This document shows, piece after piece, positions 1 to 8,418 of a stretch of 64,000 bases of DNA (the first letter of the stretch is position 1; the number at the start of each line of letters is the position of its first letter). The position numbers were made by a program, and so were the translations under genes. The stretch covers positions 1 through 64,000 of the forward strand of contig DASSXV010000004.1 in the NCBI GenBank assembly GCA_035703635.1, given 5' to 3'. The notes under the pieces are model-generated. The model had not been told where the DNA came from. It saw only the letters and a program-made list of their open reading frames with translations, and did no database searches. Origin of the DNA: Trueperaceae bacterium. GTDB lineage: Bacteria; Deinococcota; Deinococci; Deinococcales; Trueperaceae.

Positions 1-522
1 GACGTGGCGAACGCACAGCAACGCGCCGACGTCGAGGAGATGCTCGTCATCCTCAACGGCCTCTACCCGCAAGCGCAACCACCTGAGGCCATCACCGGTA
101 GCCCAGAAGAGGCAGAGGCGCCCGTGCAGCGCATGCTTGGCGTCATCGAGGCAGTGACCGACGCCGAGTTGTTCGCCGGTCGTGACCTGAAGGAGCTGGC
201 TGGCCATCTCGCCACCGAGGCGGCGGGCACCTGCGCCCTCTATCGAGCTGGCAACGACGCCGTCGCGCTTGAGGGGATGTTCGCGATCGGTGAACTTTAC
301 GTGCGCTACCTAGCCGACTTCCTCGACTTCATGGTCCCAGAGGTCCATGAGGAGGCGTACGAGGTCATCAACGGGATCACCGGCCTCGAGTCCGAGAGTG
401 CCGAGGACGACGACGACGAGGACGAAGACGAGGAGGCGCAGGCGCTCGACGCCGATCTAGCCGGCTCTTGCATGGAGCTGCAGGAGGCACTCGAGGAAGC
501 GTACGAAGCGCTAGGGGGCTAA
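1..522 (+). CDS. Acidic hypothetical protein, probably 5'-truncated by the window edge
   Basis: The frame is open from base 1 (GAC GTG GCG) and stops at TAA 520-522. It has an acidic tract ESESAEDDDDEDEDEE and two Cys. Confidence 0.75.
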   Translation, partial: DVANAQQRADVEEMLVILNGLYPQAQPPEAITGSPEEAEAPVQRMLGVIEAVTDAELFAGRDLKELAGHLATEAAGTCALYRAGNDAVALEGMFAIGELYVRYLADFLDFMVPEVHEEAYEVINGITGLESESAEDDDDEDEDEEAQALDADLAGSCMELQEALEEAYEALGG

Positions 523-562
523 TTGCCAGCGTCCGCTGCGTGGTCACGGTAAGGTTCGGAAG

Positions 563-1414
563 ATGAACTCGAACGCGCAGCCGGTCGGCGAGGGCGCGGC
601 ACCGACCGCGCGCATGGCCATCGAAGCCGACCGACTCGGCCGCCGCTACGGAGACGTGGTGGCGGTCGAGTCGGTCTCGCTCTCCATAGCCGCTGGGGAG
701 TTCTTCGCCCTGCTTGGTCCGAACGGGGCGGGCAAGACCACGACCATGCACATGCTCACTACGCTCGTCACCCCGACCAGCGGCAACGCCACCGTGATGG
801 GTTACGACGTAGTGCGCGACGCGGCTCAGGTGCGCCGCAGCCTCGGCATGGTCTTCCAAGACCCCGCACTGGACGACCGACTAACGGCGGAAGAGAACCT
901 CGAGATCCACGCCGTGCTGTACGGCGTTCCCCGCAGACAAGTGAAGGGCGCCATCCAGGCTGCCTTGGAGTGGGCCTCGCTCGCGGACGCCGGTAAGCGC
1001 CGCGTGCGCGCTTTCTCCGGCGGGATGAAGCGCAGGTTGGAACTAGCGCGCGCGCTCATGCATTCGCCACGGGTCCTGTTCCTAGACGAGCCGACCATCG
1101 GCCTCGATCCGCAAGGGCGCCGCAACCTGTGGGAGAAGATCGCCCAGCTGCGGCATGCAGGCATGACGGTACTCATGACCACCCACAACCTCCCTGAAGC
1201 GGAAGCCTGCGACCGCGTTGGGATCATCGACCACGGCAAGCTCGTGGCCGTCGGCACGCCCACCGCCCTCATCGAGGAGCACGCGGATCGGGGCGCTGCC
1301 GACCTAGAGGACGTGTTCATCGCCCTCACCGGTAACCAACTGCGCGACGAGGCCGCAACTGCCAGGGACCGCATGGTGAGTTTCGCCAAGCAGGGCGGTG
1401 AGCACACTAGATGA
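563..1414 (+). CDS. ABC transporter ATP-binding protein (DrrA/ABC-2-associated type)
   Basis: Walker A GPNGAGKT, signature FSGGMKRR, Walker B LFLDEPT and H-loop TTHN. TAAGGT lies 7 nt before the ATG. Confidence 0.95.
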   Translation: MNSNAQPVGEGAAPTARMAIEADRLGRRYGDVVAVESVSLSIAAGEFFALLGPNGAGKTTTMHMLTTLVTPTSGNATVMGYDVVRDAAQVRRSLGMVFQDPALDDRLTAEENLEIHAVLYGVPRRQVKGAIQAALEWASLADAGKRRVRAFSGGMKRRLELARALMHSPRVLFLDEPTIGLDPQGRRNLWEKIAQLRHAGMTVLMTTHNLPEAEACDRVGIIDHGKLVAVGTPTALIEEHADRGAADLEDVFIALTGNQLRDEAATARDRMVSFAKQGGEHTR

Positions 1415-2322
1415 CCAACCCAGTGGGAGCGCGAGTAACCCCGGTCCGGGTCAGGTCGTGGGCTGGCATCGCACCGTCGGTCGTACTGGTGTTGTGGAAA
1501 CGGGAGCTGCGTCGCTACTGGCGCGACCGCTCCCAGATCTTCGGTGGCTTCTCACGCACCGTACTCTGGCTCGTCATCCTCGGCTTCGGCCTTGGTGCGT
1601 CTCTGCGCGAGATCGAGGGTTACAGCTACGCGCAGTACATCCTCCCCGGTGTGATCGTGCTCAACGTCCTGTTCGCCTCGCTGCAGTGTGCCATCGCGCT
1701 CGTATGGGACCGCGAGGTCGGGCTGCTGCGCGAGGTGGTCGTATCGCCAGCGCCCATGTTCTCGGTGACGCTTGGCAAACTCCTTGGCGGCGCCACCATC
1801 TCGCTCTTCCAAGGCACCATCCCGCTATTGTTCGCGCCGTTCATCGGCGTGCGCCTAACAGTGCTTTCCGTCCTTGGGGCATGGTTGGTCATCTTCTTCC
1901 TTGGCATCTTCATGACCGCGTTGGGCGTCATCATCGCGTCGCGGCTGAAGACGTTCGAGGGCTTCGGCAGCATCTCCAACGGGGTGATCCAGCCCCTCTA
2001 CTTCCTCTCCGGCTCCATCTTCCCCCTGCGTGGCGTGATCGGCGGCGTTGGCTTCCTCGACATCCCAGATGCCCTGCGTGAGGAGCTGCGCCGCATCGGC
2101 GTCTTCGCCATCGGTGGCGGCTGGGTCGTGCAACTGCCGGACTGGATCAGGGTGCTCGTCTACGTCAACCCGGTGAGTTACCAACTCGACCTGCTCCGCT
2201 ACTACCTGTTGCGCTTCCAGCAGCTGCCGCTTACCGCCGATCTGCTCGTGACGTTCGCGCTGCCCCTGGTCGCTGCCGTCATCGCGGCGTGGTTCATGGG
2301 GAGGATGTTGAAGCACAAGTAG
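1411..2322 (+). CDS. ABC-2 type permease (DrrB/PedC-like)
   Basis: About six hydrophobic segments with motifs YILPG, DREVG..EVVVSP and NPVSY. ATGA overlap with the ATPase gene. Confidence 0.92.
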   Translation: MTNPVGARVTPVRVRSWAGIAPSVVLVLWKRELRRYWRDRSQIFGGFSRTVLWLVILGFGLGASLREIEGYSYAQYILPGVIVLNVLFASLQCAIALVWDREVGLLREVVVSPAPMFSVTLGKLLGGATISLFQGTIPLLFAPFIGVRLTVLSVLGAWLVIFFLGIFMTALGVIIASRLKTFEGFGSISNGVIQPLYFLSGSIFPLRGVIGGVGFLDIPDALREELRRIGVFAIGGGWVVQLPDWIRVLVYVNPVSYQLDLLRYYLLRFQQLPLTADLLVTFALPLVAAVIAAWFMGRMLKHK

Positions 2323-2412
2323 GGCAACGAGCGGTCTGCGTAGTTGGCGCCTGGCGCGCTTAAGTCACTTAGTTGGCGGCCGCTTGGTACCTCGGACCCG
2401 CCGGGAACGTGC

Positions 2413-3162
2413 TCATGGCTGCGACCCCCTCCGCAACGCCCTCACCGCAATCCGGGACGCCTCCCACATCTTCGGGTCGTCACCGTCTCGCGGCCTCGGT
2501 AGGTGTTCCGACACGAGATAGTTCTGGATGATGCGTCCTGGTCCCTTGCTCATGATCACGATGCGGTCGGCCAGAAGCGTGGCTTCCATGGGATTGTGTG
2601 TCACGAACACGACCGTGCAACGGAGGTCAGCCCAAAGTTCGAGCATCTCCTCGCGCATTCGCGTCGCCGTCAGCTCGTCGAGCGCCGAGAACGGCTCGTC
2701 CATGAACAGCACGTCTGGCCCAACTAGCAACGCCCTTGCGACGGCCACGCGTTGGCGTTGACCTATGGACAATTGCCGCGGGTAATCGCGACCGCGGCCA
2801 GGCAAACCCACGCGCGCAAGCCAGTAGTCGATGAGTTCATCGGCTTTCTTGCCGCCGCGGTCGATGACGAACTTGAGGTTGCCGTGAATCGTCATCCAAG
2901 GCAGCAGGCGTGGTTCCTGGAACATGTAACTGGTGACGGGCTTGGAGCCGTCTGCGTCCTCTATGGTCACGGAACCAGAATCGGCGCTGTCGAGGCCTGC
3001 CAGGATGTTGAGCAGCGTGGTCTTGCCGCAACCTGACGGCCCCAGAACGCACACGAACTCGCCGTCCGCGACCTGCAGGTTGATGTTGTGCAGCGCGAGG
3101 CGCTCGCCGCCGCCCGCCAACGGATACGCCTTGTAGAGGTTCGCGACCGTGATGCTGGCCAT
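2413..3162 (-). CDS. ABC ATP-binding protein, SsuB/TauB type
   Basis: GPSGCGKT, QEPRLLPW, variant signature LSIGQRQR, MDEPF and VTHN. Start placed at ATG 3162, a TGATG overlap with the permease stop. Confidence 0.93.
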   Translation of the reverse strand: MASITVANLYKAYPLAGGGERLALHNINLQVADGEFVCVLGPSGCGKTTLLNILAGLDSADSGSVTIEDADGSKPVTSYMFQEPRLLPWMTIHGNLKFVIDRGGKKADELIDYWLARVGLPGRGRDYPRQLSIGQRQRVAVARALLVGPDVLFMDEPFSALDELTATRMREEMLELWADLRCTVVFVTHNPMEATLLADRIVIMSKGPGRIIQNYLVSEHLPRPRDGDDPKMWEASRIAVRALRRGSQP

Positions 3163-4025
3163 CAGCCCACCCCGTTCACTCTCACTGGCGCTCGCCAACG
3201 GAAGGCTAGGCGCTGCAGGGTGCCCATCACGCCTTGGTCGATCACGGCCAACAACAGCATCATGGTGAGCCCGTAGGCGAGGATGCCGGTCATGTTGAAG
3301 AACTGGAAGTAGAAGGAGATCTGGTAACCGACGCCGCTAGTGCGGCCGAGAAGCTCGCCTAGGACGACCATCTTCCATGACAACGCTAGCGAACCGCGGG
3401 CCGTGCCGACGATGAACGGCGCGAGCTGTGGCAGCACTACTTTGGTGAAGATCGACGTGGGGCCGCGCCTGAACGCCGTCGCCATCTCGACTAGAGCGGA
3501 ATCGACGGCGCGCGAACCCTCACGTATGGAGACGACGATGGTGGGGACGATGGTGATGATCAGTGCTATGACGAGCGCGCGGTCATTGAGGCCAATACTC
3601 AAGTAGGCGACCACGAACAGGAGAATGCGCGGGATGGTGAGGCTAACGACTAGCCAACCTTGGAGCAGGTCGTCGATCCGCTTCGACATGCCCATCGCCG
3701 AGCCCAAAGCCACGCCAAGCACCATGGCGACCCCGAACGAGACGAGCACTCGCTTGGTGGTGATCCACAGGTGCATGAGGAGCGCGCCGCGCTCGAGCTC
3801 GCGCCAGATGAAGGCCAGCGTCTCGACTGGTCCAGGCAGTAGCGAACCGAGCAACTGGGACCCGATTATCCATAGGGCGACGAGCGAACCGTACGAAACG
3901 ACTTGGAGGGCGACACTGATGCCGCCCTCCGCACGTTGCTGCCGTGCACGCCTACTAGAGCGCTCCAACTGGCCGCCTAGGAAACCGTCGTCGTGCTCCT
4001 CAAGGTGGTCATTGCCTCGCGTCAC
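3162..4025 (-). CDS. ABC permease, SsuC/TauC type
   Basis: Hydrophobic protein with an EAA-like loop LVEMATAF and the motif WKMVVLGELLG..GVGY. Confidence 0.92.
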   Translation of the reverse strand: MTRGNDHLEEHDDGFLGGQLERSSRRARQQRAEGGISVALQVVSYGSLVALWIIGSQLLGSLLPGPVETLAFIWRELERGALLMHLWITTKRVLVSFGVAMVLGVALGSAMGMSKRIDDLLQGWLVVSLTIPRILLFVVAYLSIGLNDRALVIALIITIVPTIVVSIREGSRAVDSALVEMATAFRRGPTSIFTKVVLPQLAPFIVGTARGSLALSWKMVVLGELLGRTSGVGYQISFYFQFFNMTGILAYGLTMMLLLAVIDQGVMGTLQRLAFRWRAPVRVNGVG

Positions 4026-4043
4026 TCGTGCGCTGCTTAGCCC

Positions 4044-5036
4044 TTAGCGCGGGACGAACTGCGTGGTGAACGCTGCCGGGTCGACACGCTCGACGCCGAC
4101 TACTTCGGCGCCAGCCAGCGCGACGAGGCGGTCGACCATGTTGACTAGCCCGTCGATGGACTCCTGCGTCCAGTTGCTCGTGGTGCCGAGTTTCCAGCGG
4201 TCGACGACGAGCGGGAACTGCGATGGGTCCGGCAGGGAGTAGAGCTCGAGGTCCAGGATCGACTGCCAGAACGGGTCGTCGCTTGGGGTCGCCATCATGA
4301 TGTCGACGGTGTCCTGCAAGGTGGCTATGAACGCCGTCTTGAGTTCATCTGGCATGTCGTCGCGCGCCACCACCACGAGGTTGGGGAGGTCGGACGGCAG
4401 GCCGAGGACGCCGAGCATGTCTGCGACGGTCATGATCTCACGTGCGACTCCCGCGGCTTCCATGCGAGCGACCCAGTGCCAGAGGGGCAGGGCGGCGTCG
4501 ACTTCGCCACTGGCCGTCAGCTGCTGCATGAGTGGTGGCGCGGCGGCCACGACCTCACCGTCGGTTTGGGGGTCGAAGCCGTATTCGGAGATGGTCAGTG
4601 CGCGCAGGATGAGCAGGCTCTTGTCGCGAAGGCTGCCCGCCGCGATGGTCTTGCCCTTCAGGTCGGCTGGGCTGGAGATGGTCGAGTCGCTGCCTACCAC
4701 GAGGCCGCCAACAGCCGTTGCGTACGGGTAGATGCCGCTCGCCATGATGCCGGCGTCGCGCAGCAGCACTGGCCCGAGGAAGTCGTCGACTTTGACATCC
4801 GCTTCGCCGGAGCGAAGCGCGATCTCGGTTGCTTGCTTCGAGGCGTAAGGCGTGCCTACGACCTCTATGCCGTTGGCGGCCGCCGTGCCGAAGTAGTCCA
4901 TGCCGTGAACGACCCACGAGAAGGTGCCGACCGCTTCCATGGCGGCATGCACGGTAGGGGTGGCGCTTTGGGCGGCGCCGAAAGTCAGTAGTGAGGCGAA
5001 CGCGAGTGCAAGGACTTGTCTGGTCCGGGAGTGCAT
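4044..5036 (-). CDS. ABC substrate-binding protein, SsuA/NMT1 fold, PqqT-like
   Basis: Signal peptide ending GAA-Q. Motifs GTFSW, PYATAVGGL, DLKGKTIA, RDKSLLILRA, APPLMQQ and DAALPLWHWVARMEA. RBS GAGAGGA. Confidence 0.9.
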   Translation of the reverse strand: MHSRTRQVLALAFASLLTFGAAQSATPTVHAAMEAVGTFSWVVHGMDYFGTAAANGIEVVGTPYASKQATEIALRSGEADVKVDDFLGPVLLRDAGIMASGIYPYATAVGGLVVGSDSTISSPADLKGKTIAAGSLRDKSLLILRALTISEYGFDPQTDGEVVAAAPPLMQQLTASGEVDAALPLWHWVARMEAAGVAREIMTVADMLGVLGLPSDLPNLVVVARDDMPDELKTAFIATLQDTVDIMMATPSDDPFWQSILDLELYSLPDPSQFPLVVDRWKLGTTSNWTQESIDGLVNMVDRLVALAGAEVVGVERVDPAAFTTQFVPR

Positions 5037-5285
5037 TGTGGTTCCTCTCGTAGCGGGCTAAGAAGCTGTGGGTCGAAGCGGGGGATAGGGCGAGGGGCGA
5101 ATGCGGGCCAGGGAGCGCCTGCATGGAGGATTGGTCAATGATATATGCGAACAGCAGCATTGCTGTCGGCGGCTGTACTTTACCGCCGTACCACGTCAAG
5201 GGACGGATGTCCTGGGGCGCGCTGTCCTCGATGCAGCTAGGTACACTCAATCAAGTTCGATACTTCTCCAAGGTCCGGTGATTCC

Positions 5286-6224
5286 ATGCGTTTCTTGAGG
5301 GTCTTCATCGCCATCGTCGCCGTGTTGGCAGCCGTTTACGGCGTGCTGGCGTTGCTGAACAAGCCGCGGGTCCAGCACGCTTACTACGCGCGCTTCGCCG
5401 GCCAGAGCGTCGTGCTCGCGCACGGTGGCGGCCAGCGGCTGGCGCCTGACAACACCATGGTGGCGTTCGCTAAGGCCAACGCGCTAGGCGCAGACGTGCT
5501 CGAGCTCGACGTGCAGCGTGACCGTGACGGCGCCTTCCGCGTCATTCACGACGCCACGGTCGACCGCACGACCTCCGGTGTCGGTGCAGTGAAGGACTTG
5601 AGTTCTGCCGAGGTAGCTGACCTCGACGCCGGCTATTTCTGGACGCCAACGGGCCCCAACGCGGCGTCCCCAGATGCCGATTACCACTACCGCGGTACGG
5701 GAGCCACCGTGCCGACGTTGGCGGAAGTCTTGAGGGGCTTCCCTGAAGCCGCCGTCAACGTCGAGATCAAGGAGCGCGAGGCTGCGGCTGGTCCAGCCCT
5801 CTGCAACCTCATCAGGAGCCTGAACGCCGGGCAGCGCGTGATGGTCGCGTCCTTCAACAGTGAGCCGATGCAGGCGTTCCGCGAGGCCTGCCCAGAGGTT
5901 GCTACATCGGCAACCCGCGATGAGGTCACGCTCTTCTTCGTCCTCTCGACCCTGCGCCTCAGCGCCGTGTACACGCCCCCCTTCGACGTCCTGCAGGTGC
6001 CGGTCAAGCAGGGGAACATCACGGTGGTGACCCCACACTTCGTCAACGCTGCCCACGCGCGCGGGGTGGCTGTCGAAGTGTGGACGATCAACGACGCCGC
6101 GGAGATGACGAGCCTGCTCGCCATGGGCGTCGACGGCCTGATCACCGATCGCCCTGACCGCGCGCTCTCCATCCTCGCGAGGGGGTACGACGCAAGTTTG
6201 GTGCCCAGCTTCGTTGCGCCATGA
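5286..6224 (+). CDS. Glycerophosphodiester phosphodiesterase (GDPD), membrane-anchored
   Basis: AHGGG..PDNT, ELDV, HD.TVDRTT, NVEIK, WTIND and GLITDRP, with an N-terminal TM helix. Confidence 0.93.
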   Translation: MRFLRVFIAIVAVLAAVYGVLALLNKPRVQHAYYARFAGQSVVLAHGGGQRLAPDNTMVAFAKANALGADVLELDVQRDRDGAFRVIHDATVDRTTSGVGAVKDLSSAEVADLDAGYFWTPTGPNAASPDADYHYRGTGATVPTLAEVLRGFPEAAVNVEIKEREAAAGPALCNLIRSLNAGQRVMVASFNSEPMQAFREACPEVATSATRDEVTLFFVLSTLRLSAVYTPPFDVLQVPVKQGNITVVTPHFVNAAHARGVAVEVWTINDAAEMTSLLAMGVDGLITDRPDRALSILARGYDASLVPSFVAP

Positions 6225-6299
6225 GTTACGGGCGAGCGTTAGCGCGGACGGCCTCCGGCGCCCCATTCCGTTTGCGGCGTGGGTGGGCTAGGCTCCGGC

Positions 6300-7523
6300 A
6301 TGGGCATGCTTGAAGACCTGTTCGTACTTGACCTCAGCAGGGTCCTAGCGGGCCCGTACTGCACCTTGCTGCTAGCCGACATGGGTGCGCGCGTCGTGAA
6401 GGTGGAGTCTCACGCTGGCGACGACACGCGCAGGTGGGGCCCGCCCTACCTGGGTGGTGAGAGCGGCTATTACTTGTCGGTCAACCGCGGCAAGGAGAGC
6501 GTCGTCGTCGACTTGAAGGACCCGCGCGGCAGGGAACTCGTGCAGAAGCTGGCGAGCAAGGCCGACGTGATCGTCGAGAACTACAAGGTTGGCGATCTTG
6601 AACGCTACGGACTCGATTACGCCGCGGTCGCGGCCGGTAACCCGGCGGTCATCTACGTGTCGATCACCGGCTTCGGTCAAGACGGCCCGCGCGCCAAGGA
6701 GCCGGGTTACGACGCGGCCATGCAGGCGCAGTCCGGGCTCCTCGCCATGACCGGCACGCCGGAGGGGGCGCCCGTGAAGCTTGGCGTGGCGTGGATCGAC
6801 GTCTTGACGGGCGTGCACGCCGCGACTGGCGCACTCGCCGCCCTGCACCGCCGCGAGTCAACTGGCGTTGGCTTGCACCTCGACGTTGCACTGCTCGACG
6901 TTGCCATCGCCTCACTCGTCAACCAGGCGCAAGCTGCTCTCCTGACGGGGGAGGCGCCAGCGCGGCTTGGCAGCGCGCACCCGAGCATCGTGCCCTACCA
7001 GGCGTTCGAGGCGGCGGACGGGGCCGTGGTGGTGGCCGTCGGCAACGATGGGCAGTTCGCGCGGTTCTGCGGCGTGGTTGGGCATCCTGAGTGGGCGACG
7101 AACGTCAACTACGCGACCAACGACGCACGGGTGAGGAACCGCGCCACGCTCGTGCCGCTCATCGCGGTGGAGCTTGCCGGTCGTAAGCGAGACGAGTTTC
7201 TCGAGGCGTGCCGCGCCGCGAACGTCCCCGCCACACCGGTAGCGACGCTGCCCGAGGCGCTCGTCGACCCGCAGGTCGTGGCGCGTGGCATGGTCATCAG
7301 TGGCGAGCACCCAACCATCGGCGCACTGCCGATGGTGGCCAGCCCGCTGTGGCACGCGCGCGGGCCAGACGGCGCAGCGATAGACCTAGCGCCTGCCCCG
7401 AACGCGGCGCCGGTACCGCCGCTGCTGGGCGCGGACTCGCGCAGCGTGCTGTTGCGCGACCTGAACCTCACCGAAGCCGAGGCCGACGAGCTCATAGCCG
7501 CGGGAGTCGTTGGGCAGCACTGA
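6300..7523 (+). CDS. Family III CoA-transferase (CaiB/BaiF)
   Basis: LDLSRVLAGP, NRGKES, ENYKVG, GYD and HPSIVPY. TAGGCT 5 nt before ATG 6300 suggests this start. Confidence 0.94.
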   Translation: MGMLEDLFVLDLSRVLAGPYCTLLLADMGARVVKVESHAGDDTRRWGPPYLGGESGYYLSVNRGKESVVVDLKDPRGRELVQKLASKADVIVENYKVGDLERYGLDYAAVAAGNPAVIYVSITGFGQDGPRAKEPGYDAAMQAQSGLLAMTGTPEGAPVKLGVAWIDVLTGVHAATGALAALHRRESTGVGLHLDVALLDVAIASLVNQAQAALLTGEAPARLGSAHPSIVPYQAFEAADGAVVVAVGNDGQFARFCGVVGHPEWATNVNYATNDARVRNRATLVPLIAVELAGRKRDEFLEACRAANVPATPVATLPEALVDPQVVARGMVISGEHPTIGALPMVASPLWHARGPDGAAIDLAPAPNAAPVPPLLGADSRSVLLRDLNLTEAEADELIAAGVVGQH

Positions 7524-7553
7524 CCTGGTGGAGGTGCCGGAGGGTTGAGTCAG

Positions 7554-8198
7554 TCAGTCGTTCTGTAGTAGCGCCTCGGCCACGCTGCCGCGCAGCAGGC
7601 CGCAATAGACGCCATCGACAGCAAGGCGATCGCCAGCCACCTCTACGGTCGGGTAAGCCGGGTTGTGCGGCCGCAGGGCGAACTGCCCGCCGCCCAAGCG
7701 GTCGAGGTACTTGAGGGTCACTTCCTCTTCGTCCACGCGCACTGCGCAGATCTCGCCACTACGCTGAGGTTGCCGTTGCGCGAGGAGTACGACGTCCGCG
7801 TGCTGGATGAGGTCGGCCATGGAATCGCCGTGCACGCGCAAGGCGAACGACCTACCGGCCAGACCTGCCGCCGCCACGGCAGGCAGGTACGCCTCCGCGT
7901 GGGCGCTGGCGATGGAGAGCGGACCCGCGGGGATGTCTCCAAGTACCGGGATGCCGGTTGCCTCGGCAGGTAGTTCGAGTAGTGGTGACCGGCCGCGGCC
8001 GCGACTCTCGAACGTGATGTAGCCCTTGGTGGCTAGGGCCTCCAAGTGTTGACGCAACGAGACGTAGTGCACGCCGAGGTTACGGGCAAGTTCCGCGAGG
8101 TCCGGCGTGGTGCCGGTGCGCCGTTGATGCTCGACCAGGCGCTGGTATACGCGAGCTTGAGCTGGCGGCAGGGGGCGGGTGGAGGGGGCTTCACTCAT
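7554..8198 (-). CDS. lexA: LexA-like repressor (wHTH plus S24 peptidase)
   Basis: N-terminal wHTH (ELARNLGV..LRQHLEAL..KGYI), Ala-Gly site IPAG, catalytic Ser in GDSM and Lys in VTLK. The start was moved to ATG 8198 because the promoter covers 8210-8238. Confidence 0.88.
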   Translation of the reverse strand: MSEAPSTRPLPPAQARVYQRLVEHQRRTGTTPDLAELARNLGVHYVSLRQHLEALATKGYITFESRGRGRSPLLELPAEATGIPVLGDIPAGPLSIASAHAEAYLPAVAAAGLAGRSFALRVHGDSMADLIQHADVVLLAQRQPQRSGEICAVRVDEEEVTLKYLDRLGGGQFALRPHNPAYPTVEVAGDRLAVDGVYCGLLRGSVAEALLQND

Positions 8199-8203
8199 GC
8201 TTG

Positions 8204-8238
8204 CCTTAAATGCTAAGGTAGCGGCCAACGCTTGTCAA
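8204..8238 (-). promoter_or_regulatory. lexA sigma70-type promoter overlapped by an inverted repeat
   Basis: Minus-strand TTGACA (8238-8233), 17 nt, TAGCAT (8215-8210). CCTTA-N5-TAAGG lies at 8204-8218. Confidence 0.75.
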
Positions 8239-8310
8239 CGCGAGGTCGTCGCTGGCCGCGCACCACGTGCAGGACAAGGTTAAGCGCGGCGGACACGCGC
8301 GCAGCCGCTA

Positions 8311-8339
8311 TGGACTTTCTCACGAACGCCTGCTATAGT
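8311..8339 (+). promoter_or_regulatory. Promoter of the Crp/Fnr gene
   Basis: TGGACT-N17-TATAGT with a TG extended -10 (TGcTATAGT). Confidence 0.65.
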
Positions 8340-8418
8340 TTCTGTAGTTGCGCGTCTGCGCCTCACCCTGCGGTTCCATGTGCAGGTCCGCGGCTTAGCG
8401 CACTTGAAAGGACACCTC

